In this document: positions 9,470 through 20,330 of the stretch, in pieces
Layout of the letters: each line of letters starts with the position of its first letter
How positions within the stretch are numbered: the first letter of the stretch is position 1
Sequence record: PQ464595.1
Reading direction: 5' to 3' (one strand)
DNA length: 64,000 bases
Notes under the pieces: model-generated
Databases searched by the model: none
Seen by the model: only the letters and a program-made list of their open reading frames with translations
What the model was told of the DNA's origin: nothing
Translations under genes and position numbers: made by a program

Positions 9470-9841
9470 CAAAAATGCGGCAAACAACTTAGAAAAATCA
9501 TCTCTACAAAATGTGAGTTGTGCTATCACTAAGTCGTCTGATAAGTACAAAGTGTCTCCGACTATATAGTACGGAGTGGTGCAAATACGGTCTAAAGATG
9601 TGTAAACGTTCGAATTACGATCCTGCTTCTTAAGCGGAATAGCCAGGAACTCATATAAGGAATTATCTTCGCAAATCTGAAATCCTAACTTACTCAACCG
9701 CAAGCCACCACCAGTTCTGTAATTATCAAAAATGGATAACAGTATCATTCTATCATTGAGTTCAGAATCAAATTCATAAACTTCTTTAATAGCATGTAAT
9801 ACACCATATTGAATTTCAGTACTGTTGGTTCTTGGGACCAT
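9467..9841 (-). CDS. Conserved jumbo-phage hypothetical protein
   Basis: 124-aa ORF; GGLRLS and LDRICTTPYY motifs; last gene of the structural operon. Confidence 0.65.
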   Translation of the reverse strand: MVPRTNSTEIQYGVLHAIKEVYEFDSELNDRMILLSIFDNYRTGGGLRLSKLGFQICEDNSLYEFLAIPLKKQDRNSNVYTSLDRICTTPYYIVGDTLYLSDDLVIAQLTFCRDDFSKLFAAFL

Positions 9842-9843
9842 GA

Positions 9844-10257
9844 TTAGATTCCCACAAAACCTTTCTTCTCAGGATATGAAGAACCTTGTGGATTCTCATA
9901 ATTCTGAGTGCCGTTAGCGTCGAAAGATGGTCCCATACCTTCAGCACCATGATCTTCTTCAAGATCGTCTGAACCAACATCTGATTCAAAATCATCAGAG
10001 TATTCACCATCGTCTGATACATCTTCATCAGAACCAGTTAGTTCTTTTAGAGAATCAGCGATAGTTTGTAGGTCAGATGTTAGTGATGCTAAATCTTCGA
10101 TTGACCCATCAGCTACTTTGCTTGATAAGTCACGTAGGGAACCTACGATTTCTTTTAATAGTTCTGGAGCAGATAGCTCAGATTCTTGTTCAAACGATTC
10201 TTCGTCTGCTTCATAAATGTCATCAATTGATTCCATTAAATTTTTCATGCTACTCAT
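9844..10257 (-). CDS. Highly acidic protein, candidate prohead core/internal head protein
   Basis: D/E/S-rich; LME-S and IYE-A motifs; structural operon. Confidence 0.55.
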   Translation of the reverse strand: MSSMKNLMESIDDIYEADEESFEQESELSAPELLKEIVGSLRDLSSKVADGSIEDLASLTSDLQTIADSLKELTGSDEDVSDDGEYSDDFESDVGSDDLEEDHGAEGMGPSFDANGTQNYENPQGSSYPEKKGFVGI

Positions 10258-11198
10258 TATAGACCATCCATAAATTTCTTATACTTGTTATTAATTGATT
10301 CGAAAATGTCCTCAACGGATTCATCATCATCTTCACTTTCATGTACAAGTGGATTGTCACCTAATGCTGTTCCTGGTTGTTTACCTTTATAAGCATGTCG
10401 AGAATGTTGAATACCTGAGTCATCATAGAATTCAGGATTTGGTTCAGTGGTAGCATCTTCTTGCATAGTTCTACGCCAGTAGAAAGCATTACCTTTAGGA
10501 ACAACGATAAAGTTGTCACCTTCGAAACCGTTAGTTTGACGTTGACCATCAATTACACATTCATGTTCTGAACGGAATGGACCGAATTCTTTTTGAGAGT
10601 CGGTAGCAATTGAATCTTCGTCTAGTGATAGATCTGGTAGTAGACTTTCAGAAACAGAATCGTCAGCATCTTCTTCGGCATCATCGCCGCTATCTGCGTC
10701 AACATCATCTGATTCATCGTCATCAACACTTTCGTGGATACCTGCGAGGGAGGACATACGACCCATATCAAAATCATCATCACCCATATCAGGTGAACCC
10801 ATTTCTGGTTCGTCTAATCCTAGACCTGGTTCTTCTGGAGCATCCATAGAGTCTACACCATCAGCCACACCACCGTCAAGCGAATCGTCGCCAAAATCTG
10901 TCACTGAGCCAGCTAAATCACTGACCGCTGAGCCTAAAGCATTATCTCCAGCACCTGACATATCATCAGCACTTGGAGCCATATCAGGACTCATAATAGG
11001 TTGAGTTTCGGAATCACCGCCCATACTATCGAAATTTAATGGAGCGATAGCAGGAACAGAAGTCATTCCACCTAATTGAGAGGAACCACGTTCCGCTTGC
11101 CCTGCTAGAGCAAGCATACGAGATAGTGTATCAAGATCGCTAGATTCTAAACCTTGAACATCTATACGAACTGATGCCTCATTAATTTGTTTTTTCAT
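10257..11198 (-). CDS. Acidic low-complexity protein, candidate scaffold/internal head protein
   Basis: Asp-rich; INE-A, IHE-S, VSE-S, LDE-D, VHE-S, IFE-S motifs. Confidence 0.55.
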   Translation of the reverse strand: MKKQINEASVRIDVQGLESSDLDTLSRMLALAGQAERGSSQLGGMTSVPAIAPLNFDSMGGDSETQPIMSPDMAPSADDMSGAGDNALGSAVSDLAGSVTDFGDDSLDGGVADGVDSMDAPEEPGLGLDEPEMGSPDMGDDDFDMGRMSSLAGIHESVDDDESDDVDADSGDDAEEDADDSVSESLLPDLSLDEDSIATDSQKEFGPFRSEHECVIDGQRQTNGFEGDNFIVVPKGNAFYWRRTMQEDATTEPNPEFYDDSGIQHSRHAYKGKQPGTALGDNPLVHESEDDDESVEDIFESINNKYKKFMDGL

Positions 11199-11219
11199 AA
11201 GAACTAATTCCTTTTATAA

Positions 11220-12653
11220 TTAATCTTCAGTATTTAATGATTTTAGAATCTCTGCTGCTTCCTTTTGCTGTCCAGCAAGTAGAATATCAGCAGCTAATAG
11301 TGATAAATCATCACCACGGCTTAGAAGTACTACAATCTTACGAGCTAATGGATTAGATTTAATCTCGTTAGCAAGTCCTTGTAGTGGGTCATTACCTTGT
11401 GGAGCACCTTCTGAACCTTGATTAGCACCTTGTTCTGGTTCACCTTGTGGCGTACCGGAATCAGTACTTTCAGTACCAGTACCGGAATCTTGCGGTTCAC
11501 CTTGCGGTTGACCTTCAGAAGAACCTTGTTCACCAGATTGTTGCTGGGATAGGTTTGCTAGTACTTTTTGTGCTGTATCTGGTGGAAGAAGTTTTCCATT
11601 ATCAGAAATAAAGCGATTACCACCAACATAACGGTAAGTAATACCTTTCTTAGATTTGAATTCTTGACCAATTTTGATTGGTGATGAAGAATTAAACTTA
11701 GCGATTTCACCTTGAGCAGCACGTTCTAACATAGGTACTGAGGAACTATTAATAGGTTGCTTAGTAGCTGAGTTGAACCATTGTCCATTTTTCTTGAAAT
11801 AGCTATTACCTTTTTTGGACTTATAAACATATCCATTAGGCACTTCACCTGAAGATGATTCAGTACTTCCAGAATCTTGTGCTGGAGCATCAGGAGCTGC
11901 TTCTGGAGCAGTATCTTGACCTTGTGGTTCACCTTCTGCGGCTGGTTCACCTTGACCGGAACCTTGAGCAGATTTATCTTCTTTAGCTTTCTTTTCCATT
12001 CTATCGGTAAATTCACTATTTGTTCTACGACCTTCATCAGTTACAAAAGCATCACCAATATAAGTTAGCGTTTTACCATTGTGTTCAATCTGAGTACCAA
12101 TTGGCATAGCTGCTTTTGGATCATTATTGTGTTGATGAATAATATCTAGAGCATCATTTGTGATTTCTGTATTTAAACGTGGATTATGAACTGCTTGTTG
12201 GTGTTCACTATCCTTATTAATCCACCAGCCATCTTTGTAGTAATATCTATCGTTATTTCTACCATAAGAAGTTTGGAAATAGTTTGGAATCTGATCATTT
12301 TTTTGACCAGGTTTATGTTGTTCTTCGTCAGCTTCCACTAAACGATGAACACGAGTATTCATGCTTTCTGAAAGTAGATTTCCCTGTAAAGAGAAATTGT
12401 TACGACCAACATAGGTGTATTCGGATTCGTTTATAACATAGCTCTTGCCAATTTGCAAGGAACTTTTTTCGTTATGTTCTGCGATTTGACGCATCGCCGA
12501 TTGATTCATTTTGAATGTATGAGCATTTTCTACAATCTTCATGGAATCACAATTGACCCATGAACCTTCGAGGTACATATATTCAGTACCTCTGTTGGAT
12601 GTATACACATAATTATTTGGAATCGAATTGTTACTCTGTAGAGATTTAAACAT
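11220..12653 (-). CDS. Three-repeat virion-associated protein
   Basis: Three copies of a PN-x-Y...G-x-W-x-N + IG...TY[VI]G module with Q/G/E/P-rich linkers. Confidence 0.6.
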   Translation of the reverse strand: MFKSLQSNNSIPNNYVYTSNRGTEYMYLEGSWVNCDSMKIVENAHTFKMNQSAMRQIAEHNEKSSLQIGKSYVINESEYTYVGRNNFSLQGNLLSESMNTRVHRLVEADEEQHKPGQKNDQIPNYFQTSYGRNNDRYYYKDGWWINKDSEHQQAVHNPRLNTEITNDALDIIHQHNNDPKAAMPIGTQIEHNGKTLTYIGDAFVTDEGRRTNSEFTDRMEKKAKEDKSAQGSGQGEPAAEGEPQGQDTAPEAAPDAPAQDSGSTESSSGEVPNGYVYKSKKGNSYFKKNGQWFNSATKQPINSSSVPMLERAAQGEIAKFNSSSPIKIGQEFKSKKGITYRYVGGNRFISDNGKLLPPDTAQKVLANLSQQQSGEQGSSEGQPQGEPQDSGTGTESTDSGTPQGEPEQGANQGSEGAPQGNDPLQGLANEIKSNPLARKIVVLLSRGDDLSLLAADILLAGQQKEAAEILKSLNTED

Positions 12654-12665
12654 ATTCTTCTCCTA

Positions 12666-13232
12666 TTAAGAAATTAGTCTTAGTAGCTTAGCTCGATCAG
12701 CAGGAGATAGTGAAGAAAGACGATCATTAATACCTGATCCTGCATTTCCACCTTGTCCTTGACTTGGTTGTGGATTGTTTTGACCTTGTGACTGACCATT
12801 TTGTGGTTGTCCTTGTTGGTCATTTCCGCCTTGTGCTGGTTGTTGATCTTGAGCATCATTGCCGTAGTCAGTATTTAGCTTCTGAACTGCTTTCATTAAT
12901 GCCGCACCAACATCTTTAGGAACGAATGAACGACGCTCATTGTCACCTAAGAAAGAGGTATCAAGTTTGTTACCTTTGAAAAATGCTGCTACATCTGCGT
13001 ATGGTACTGATTGTGGATGTGACCCGTACTTACGTCCAACATAACGTTTGAAGTCACTCCATAGTTGGTTTGCCATCTGTCCAGTTTCTTGAGCACCTTG
13101 CTCAACTTGTCCTGAACCGAACATACCTTTTACTTTGCCTTTCGCCGAGTCAATCGCTGATTGTGTACGACTATAAGGACGTTCATTTAATGGTTCTGGT
13201 TGACCATCAAACATTTCTTCTAAAAGACTCAT
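12666..13232 (-). CDS. Hypothetical structural protein with Q/G/N-rich tail
   Basis: 188-aa ORF in the late operon; N-terminal LLEE/LNER. Confidence 0.55.
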   Translation of the reverse strand: MSLLEEMFDGQPEPLNERPYSRTQSAIDSAKGKVKGMFGSGQVEQGAQETGQMANQLWSDFKRYVGRKYGSHPQSVPYADVAAFFKGNKLDTSFLGDNERRSFVPKDVGAALMKAVQKLNTDYGNDAQDQQPAQGGNDQQGQPQNGQSQGQNNPQPSQGQGGNAGSGINDRLSSLSPADRAKLLRLIS

Positions 13233-13234
13233 AA

Positions 13235-13774
13235 TTACCCCTTCTTACCGAAGCCAGCAGACATATATTCTGCGTATGATTTTTTCTTAGTACTGTCAAT
13301 TGCATCTTTAACGGCTTTATCAGCACGACCTTGACCACCAAGTTCTTCAGCATTAACTTTTGGAACTTCTTTATATTCAGGGTCTAAAAGACGTGGTTCG
13401 TATTCATCAAATGTAATATCATCTTCGAAATCAGCAAGTTCTTCCTGATATGGATCTAGATTATTACGAACATGAATTAGTGCTTCTGACCAACTCAATA
13501 GGTTTCCAATTTCGAATAGTAAGATTTGAGGTTGTACACCACGCTTACATTTAAAATCGAACATCCAAATTTCACCACAATCTAGATTATAAAAATCAGT
13601 AGGGCGATCTTGGAAGATTGTTTTCTTCATTGGACCAACTTCAAAAGCATCATAACGGTCAGTAAGTCGAGTAACAACTTTATGCAATTCTTCGGAGCTT
13701 GGCTCACACGCAAATTTTACACGGTATGAATATTCTGGAGTAAGATCTGTTAAAATTTTTTGTAATTTATTCAT
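13235..13774 (-). CDS. Hypothetical protein (late operon)
   Basis: 179-aa ORF with GGAG RBS. Confidence 0.6.
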   Translation of the reverse strand: MNKLQKILTDLTPEYSYRVKFACEPSSEELHKVVTRLTDRYDAFEVGPMKKTIFQDRPTDFYNLDCGEIWMFDFKCKRGVQPQILLFEIGNLLSWSEALIHVRNNLDPYQEELADFEDDITFDEYEPRLLDPEYKEVPKVNAEELGGQGRADKAVKDAIDSTKKKSYAEYMSAGFGKKG

Positions 13775-13801
13775 GTTAACTCCGAGTCACAGTATTTTAT
13801 T

Positions 13802-14365
13802 TTATTTATTCTTATTCATAGCAGCAAGCATCTCATTTCGAGACTTTACAGCTACTACCTTCTCACCTTCAATAGCATTAGGATCAGAGTTGTCACTAAT
13901 TGCCTGTTTAGGTTTCTGATTAAGTTCAATTTCCATCTTATCTTTCTTGATCTGCATGTCAATTAACTTAATATCGGAGTCGATAACTTTAGCATGAGCA
14001 TCTAAAGCAATCTTGAGCATAGCATTCGCAGCATTAATCATTTCTGCCGCAAATCTATCTTCGCAATTAAAAGCACGGTCGAAAATATCTTCAAACTTAT
14101 CTTCAGCCATTTTAGCTAATCTGTCTAAATGAGATTTACGATGTGTAATATCTGGAATATCCTTTAGTTGCTCACGATATTCTTTAAGTTGACTCATTGA
14201 ACGACGAGCATTTTCTACTTCTGGACGACCCGCAAGTTCAGTACTTTCGTCGTCATCTTCATCATCGTAGAAATCATCTTCATTGTAATCATCGCCTAGT
14301 AGCTTTTTCAATTCTTCAGAACTTGGTAGTCCTAATGCTTCTTCTACACCACGTTTAGCTTTCAT
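13802..14365 (-). CDS. Helical protein, possible terminase small subunit
   Basis: Acidic N-terminus, helical core, coiled coil, C-terminal VKSRNEMLAAM; layout recalls T4 gp16. Confidence 0.3.
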   Translation of the reverse strand: MKAKRGVEEALGLPSSEELKKLLGDDYNEDDFYDDEDDDESTELAGRPEVENARRSMSQLKEYREQLKDIPDITHRKSHLDRLAKMAEDKFEDIFDRAFNCEDRFAAEMINAANAMLKIALDAHAKVIDSDIKLIDMQIKKDKMEIELNQKPKQAISDNSDPNAIEGEKVVAVKSRNEMLAAMNKNK

Positions 14366-14366
14366 A

Positions 14367-15922
<1,556 letters not shown>

Positions 15923-15933
15923 TTAGTACTCCT

Positions 15934-16707
15934 TTAAATTTGTGTGCTACCAAAGATTCTATCAATAATATCCAAAGTACTGTTAACATCATCTGGAAGA
16001 AGTGAAGTGATTTTGTCAGAATACATTTCTTCGATCATATCGTATTGTACGCAGTTGTCTGGTTTAATAGTTAACTTAATAGTAATAAATTGAGAAGAAC
16101 CATAATCTAATGAATCCCACTCAAGGTCAGTAATAATGCATCCGTACAGAACCCAACGGTCTAAAGTACTAATAGCATTATAGCCATTTCCACCAACAAA
16201 ATCGTCGATAGCATTAACTAGACCTGCGTTATTAGTAATTGCTGTTGCTGCGTCTACTGCGGTATCACGTAAAAGGTTATTCACGGAATCTTCAGGGTTC
16301 GCACCACCAGTTGTTTCAATCATCATACGGAATTTATATCCAGCGGTTGGCTGTTCTGATTTCGCAGAAATACGACGTTGAAAATCGAGTTGTTTCTGTA
16401 ATTGACGAATAATAGACTTAGCTACTTTATTGTCAACTGCATCACGAATTGTAAGAGTAATAGGTTTCCAATCCCAACGACCTACATATGAGGTATTAGT
16501 ACCGAATAGTTTAATTTGATGCGTTTCAAAAGAAATGCTTGGACGATCCACGCTATTAACTTCTAAAGCTACATAGTCTTTTTCGTTAACATCAGTACCG
16601 AAGTTGTATACAACTACACGGAATTTATGCTTAACTTTAGGTTGACTCATAGATCGGTTTGCACCACTTGGTAGAGGAACACCATACTTATCCATCATTG
16701 TTGCCAT
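15934..16707 (-). CDS. Tail tube protein paralog
   Basis: MDKYGVP...QPKVKHKFRV, VDRPSI, WKPITLTIRD, LYGCII, LDYGSS; paralog of 16789..17478. Confidence 0.75.
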   Translation of the reverse strand: MATMMDKYGVPLPSGANRSMSQPKVKHKFRVVVYNFGTDVNEKDYVALEVNSVDRPSISFETHQIKLFGTNTSYVGRWDWKPITLTIRDAVDNKVAKSIIRQLQKQLDFQRRISAKSEQPTAGYKFRMMIETTGGANPEDSVNNLLRDTAVDAATAITNNAGLVNAIDDFVGGNGYNAISTLDRWVLYGCIITDLEWDSLDYGSSQFITIKLTIKPDNCVQYDMIEEMYSDKITSLLPDDVNSTLDIIDRIFGSTQI

Positions 16708-16720
16708 TTATATTTTCCCC

Positions 16721-16728
16721 TATTTAAT
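16721..16728 (-). promoter_or_regulatory. Late promoter (ATTAAATA); second core GCTAAATA at 16744-16751
   Basis: TAAATA cores between the terminator and gene 16707. Confidence 0.5.
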
Positions 16729-16754
16729 ATGGAATGTATATTATATTTAGCAAT

Positions 16755-16781
16755 AAAAAAAGCCCTGAACAAGTCCAGGGC
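16755..16781 (-). terminator. Intrinsic terminator after the major tube gene
   Basis: GCCCTG...CAGGGC with a T-tract on the minus strand. Confidence 0.75.
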
Positions 16782-16788
16782 ATAAGTA

Positions 16789-17478
16789 TTATTGTCCTTC
16801 GTAGAAGTTAGAATCTGATAGTGTATCAGAACTAATTGAAGTTTGACCGTTAGTAATAGATACTGCGTTTTCAGGAGTACCAGTACCAGCGACTTCATCA
16901 CCAAGAGCTTGACCTTCTGGTCCAACTAGTACACATCCATCAGGTTGTACAGTCATGGTAATTACTTGAGCTTCTGAACTTGAATAATCCCAATCACCGA
17001 AGTTAGAATCGGTAATGAAACATCCTTGACAGATCCAAGTATGTAGTGTGCCTTCATAAAGGTTTGTTAGGTTGTCTGAGTTAGAACCATCTAGTGCTTG
17101 AATCCACATTTCGAACTTATACTGAGAAGCAGTAGTACGAGACTCTTGAGAGTAGTAGTTAAATTCTTTACGCATTTGGTTCCAAAGAGCTTTTAGAGAA
17201 AGGTTTCCTACTGAGTCGCGGAAAGCAACTTCAATAGTGTTCCAGGAATATTTCCCTTTAAAGTTCGCAGAACTGTTGTAACTATGAACTTTGATTGGTT
17301 CATGTTCAACGTGTGGAGTACCAACAGTGTTAGTATCCAAAGTAATATAGGTTCCGTCCTCAGTATTACCGAATCCGAAGAATACTACACGGAAACGATA
17401 TTTAGGCTTCGGTTGTTTCATTGGAGCACGAGAGCCACCAGTGATAGGAACGCCATATTTATCCAGTAAATTTGCCAT
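16789..17478 (-). CDS. Major tail tube protein (T4 gp19-like)
   Basis: Directly downstream of sheath; PKPKYRFRV, KGKYSWNTIEVAFRD, QGCFITDSNFGDWDYSSSE; own TATAAATA promoter. Confidence 0.85.
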   Translation of the reverse strand: MANLLDKYGVPITGGSRAPMKQPKPKYRFRVVFFGFGNTEDGTYITLDTNTVGTPHVEHEPIKVHSYNSSANFKGKYSWNTIEVAFRDSVGNLSLKALWNQMRKEFNYYSQESRTTASQYKFEMWIQALDGSNSDNLTNLYEGTLHTWICQGCFITDSNFGDWDYSSSEAQVITMTVQPDGCVLVGPEGQALGDEVAGTGTPENAVSITNGQTSISSDTLSDSNFYEGQ

Positions 17479-17516
17479 TATTAATCTCCCAATAATTTAA
17501 GGAATAATCTTTAATG

Positions 17517-17524
17517 TATTTATA
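17517..17524 (-). promoter_or_regulatory. Late promoter, exact T4 consensus TATAAATA
   Basis: Plus-strand TATTTATA ~40 nt upstream of the tube ATG. Confidence 0.8.
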
Positions 17525-17550
17525 AACTTTATGGATCTATTGAGTACTAC

Positions 17551-17583
17551 AAAAAGAAAAGGGAGCCAATGGCTCCCTTTTTT
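17551..17583 (-). terminator. Intrinsic terminator after sheath
   Basis: GGGAGCC-AAT-GGCTCCC with A/T tracts both sides; identical stem-loop to 3367-3383. Confidence 0.85.
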
Positions 17584-17589
17584 GTTTAA

Positions 17590-20244
17590 TTAAGATGTTA
17601 AACTGTTTTCCAAACGGATTGGAATATAGATGAAGTTGATTGAACGAGTCGGAACAAGTGCAATATCCATCCACAATTCATTCGCATTGATACGAGCGGT
17701 TGTGTTGTTTGATTCGTCACACACTACTAGGAAGTCGTATAGACCGTTTAGTTGAACAATCTCAGCTAGGAAACTGTTAACTACAGAAGTAAACTCTTGA
17801 CGAGTACTTGCGGTGTTCAAACGGAATAGGAACGGTTCAGCTAGTACTGATAGTTGTGTACGAATATACACTACTAGACGAGCAACGTTTACACGGCTTA
17901 GAGCAGATGTATCATCAGCAGCTAGAGTTTTATCTCCGTATACTAGTAATCCACGGTTAGGACGCATCGCGATTGGGTTAATCTTGTTAACATACATTGT
18001 ATCACGTTGGCCTTGGTTGTATACTACTGGAGCATATTCACCTTCGTCATTGATATAACCAATGCTTGCTGCGTTACTTACAACACCACGTGAAGTACCT
18101 GCTGGTGGATACCATACATAACTTACGCTATCGCTATAAGCATAGGTACGCATCGCAATAGTACTGCCTGGTACTGCTACTTCAGATCCGTCAACGTTAG
18201 TTCCAAGACCCCAGCCCATATACTGAGCAGCGTAAGAGTAAGCAGTTACACGACCAACATCACCATTAGATGCTGCGTTGTTAGCGTTTGTAGCCCAAGC
18301 TTGAACGTCAGTAGCAGTTGGAGCTAGACGTGCTGGAACATCGGTAACAATGAAAGCAGTTTCTTTACGGTCAGTGTTTAGAGTTACTAGTTCATCTAGA
18401 AGTTCTACATAACCAGGAACACACATTAGGTTGAACTGAATACTTTCAGCACGAATGTCTTCGTTGGAAACAACAACAGATGCTAGAGCTTCTACAATGA
18501 TATTACGTTGAGCAGCACGACCAAATAGGCCAGCACCGTTTAGAGCAACACCACTAGCTACAGTCCAAACACCGTTAGTCATAACTTTTACAACACCTTC
18601 AGTAGTACCTAAGTCTACTGCGAGCATTCCATTCTGATACAATTCAGCAGCAGGAACATCACTAGTAGTGAAGTCATCGAAGATCATACCATTTAGAGTA
18701 CTTTGGTCAGTGTCATCTAGTTTAACCCAAGTTCCGCTAACATTACGATAGAATACATAACCGTCAACACCTTGTGATAGTGGTTGTACCCAAAAATCAC
18801 GGTCTGCCGCTGGTTCGTCTAGTTGAACGTACATGTTAGTGTTAGGATCAATAGCATCCCATGTATTTGTGCTAACGTTAGCAACATATAGACCCACAGT
18901 TAAGGAATCAGAGTTACTGAAGTTGTACCAGTAAGTGCCATTTGCTGCTTGAGCAGTTGGAGTACTAGAAGAAACACGTAGGTTATTGATATTAACTTGA
19001 ACATAGTTGCTTGAATCAACAGTTAATTTTGCCAAATCGTTTGTGTTAAAGATTTGTTGTCCAATACTTGTAGTTTGGAAACTATAACCATTACGGTTAG
19101 TTACTACCAAAGCGTTAGTACCAGTGAAAGTGAAACCTGCGTTGATTAGGTCAGCACTTTGATTTAGGTTGGTGATTAGTGTAGCAGTATTAATTACTTC
19201 ACCAGAATTCACCGCAACAACAGTATAAGACTTGTTCAAGAACTTGATGGTTAAAGAACCAGCAGCAGCAGCTACTTGACTTGAAGATTGTCCGATTGGT
19301 GTTGCTGGAGCACTAGCAGATGCGATAGAACCAGCTTTGGTATAAAGAGTGAAACTCTTACTATCTTCATCAAATAGTGAACCAAAGTAAGTATTGTCGA
19401 AAGTACCAGATTTTGCTTCAATTTCATAGAAACTGTTACCTGTCCAAACATTAACTTCAGTCCATACGGATGTTAGAGAAGCGAAACGCTTAACAACAAA
19501 ACGTGTACCAAAGTAGTTAGAACCATTCTTTGTATAACCATCGCGAATCCAGATATTTCCTTTTTCGACTGTTACACCAGTTGGTACTCTGTTAATTGGA
19601 GACAAGTAAGTTTCAACTTGAACTAGACCAGCAGCTTCGTACTTGTACATTAGCATTTGTCCGTTCGCTGGGTTATGGCGTAGTACTAAATCGTCTACAT
19701 TCAAACCTGAAGTATCAACATCATCAATGTCTGCTTCGCTCACGATTGTAACAGTTTTTACTGTCCAATCATAGAAACTTTGTGGGTTGTCTTTTGAAGC
19801 AACATATGCTTCAATTTGGGTCGCACTTGTATCTAACCATAGTGTACCGTTAGATACTGGTCCAGTAGGAGCAGTTGCCGCTGGTGCTAGTTGTGCTAGG
19901 TCAATATCAGCACGAACTACATAAGCTCGGTTAGCGATACCCATATAGCTGTATAGTGCATGAAGACCATATTCGTTAAGTTCGTCGCCTTGAACTACAG
20001 AACCATTACTTGATTGAAAAATAGGTGATCCGTAAGTTTCAAGAGCATTTCTTTGCGATGTAATAAGTTGTAGTTTGCCAGAGTTGACTTTAGTTGTACC
20101 TGTAGCCACAGAAGTACTGCCTGTCACAAGTTTATCTTGTGCTGTCGCAATGACAAACAAAGGCACTGTTCCGTTACCACTAGTAGCACTAATAGTCTCG
20201 TCGGTAACTGTTACACTTACACCAGGTGATAGTAAATCAGCCAT
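17590..20244 (-). CDS. Contractile tail sheath protein (T4 gp18-like)
   Basis: N-terminal LLSPGVSVTVTDET; C-terminal WYPPAGTSRG, KINPI, LVYGDKTL, RVNVARL, VVCDESNNT, INFIYI. Confidence 0.95.
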   Translation of the reverse strand: MADLLSPGVSVTVTDETISATSGNGTVPLFVIATAQDKLVTGSTSVATGTTKVNSGKLQLITSQRNALETYGSPIFQSSNGSVVQGDELNEYGLHALYSYMGIANRAYVVRADIDLAQLAPAATAPTGPVSNGTLWLDTSATQIEAYVASKDNPQSFYDWTVKTVTIVSEADIDDVDTSGLNVDDLVLRHNPANGQMLMYKYEAAGLVQVETYLSPINRVPTGVTVEKGNIWIRDGYTKNGSNYFGTRFVVKRFASLTSVWTEVNVWTGNSFYEIEAKSGTFDNTYFGSLFDEDSKSFTLYTKAGSIASASAPATPIGQSSSQVAAAAGSLTIKFLNKSYTVVAVNSGEVINTATLITNLNQSADLINAGFTFTGTNALVVTNRNGYSFQTTSIGQQIFNTNDLAKLTVDSSNYVQVNINNLRVSSSTPTAQAANGTYWYNFSNSDSLTVGLYVANVSTNTWDAIDPNTNMYVQLDEPAADRDFWVQPLSQGVDGYVFYRNVSGTWVKLDDTDQSTLNGMIFDDFTTSDVPAAELYQNGMLAVDLGTTEGVVKVMTNGVWTVASGVALNGAGLFGRAAQRNIIVEALASVVVSNEDIRAESIQFNLMCVPGYVELLDELVTLNTDRKETAFIVTDVPARLAPTATDVQAWATNANNAASNGDVGRVTAYSYAAQYMGWGLGTNVDGSEVAVPGSTIAMRTYAYSDSVSYVWYPPAGTSRGVVSNAASIGYINDEGEYAPVVYNQGQRDTMYVNKINPIAMRPNRGLLVYGDKTLAADDTSALSRVNVARLVVYIRTQLSVLAEPFLFRLNTASTRQEFTSVVNSFLAEIVQLNGLYDFLVVCDESNNTTARINANELWMDIALVPTRSINFIYIPIRLENSLTS

Positions 20245-20310
20245 TTAATCCTCCAAAAATTTTGGGTTTATTCGAATATTCGTATAATGTTATTTATTCG
20301 AGGATTAAAT
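20243..20310 (-). promoter_or_regulatory. Late promoter AATAAATA (20291-20298) inside an anti-SD inverted repeat
   Basis: Perfect 11-bp inverted repeat ATTTAATCCTC/GAGGATTAAAT at 20243-20253 and 20300-20310. Confidence 0.7.
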
Positions 20311-20330
20311 CTTATGTGGCTAAAGTAAAG

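Noticed and set aside
11380-12830. Q/G/E/P-rich short repeats (caaggtgaacc-like) as a DNA repeat element
   Set aside because: Explained by low-complexity protein linkers; the copies are imperfect and in frame.
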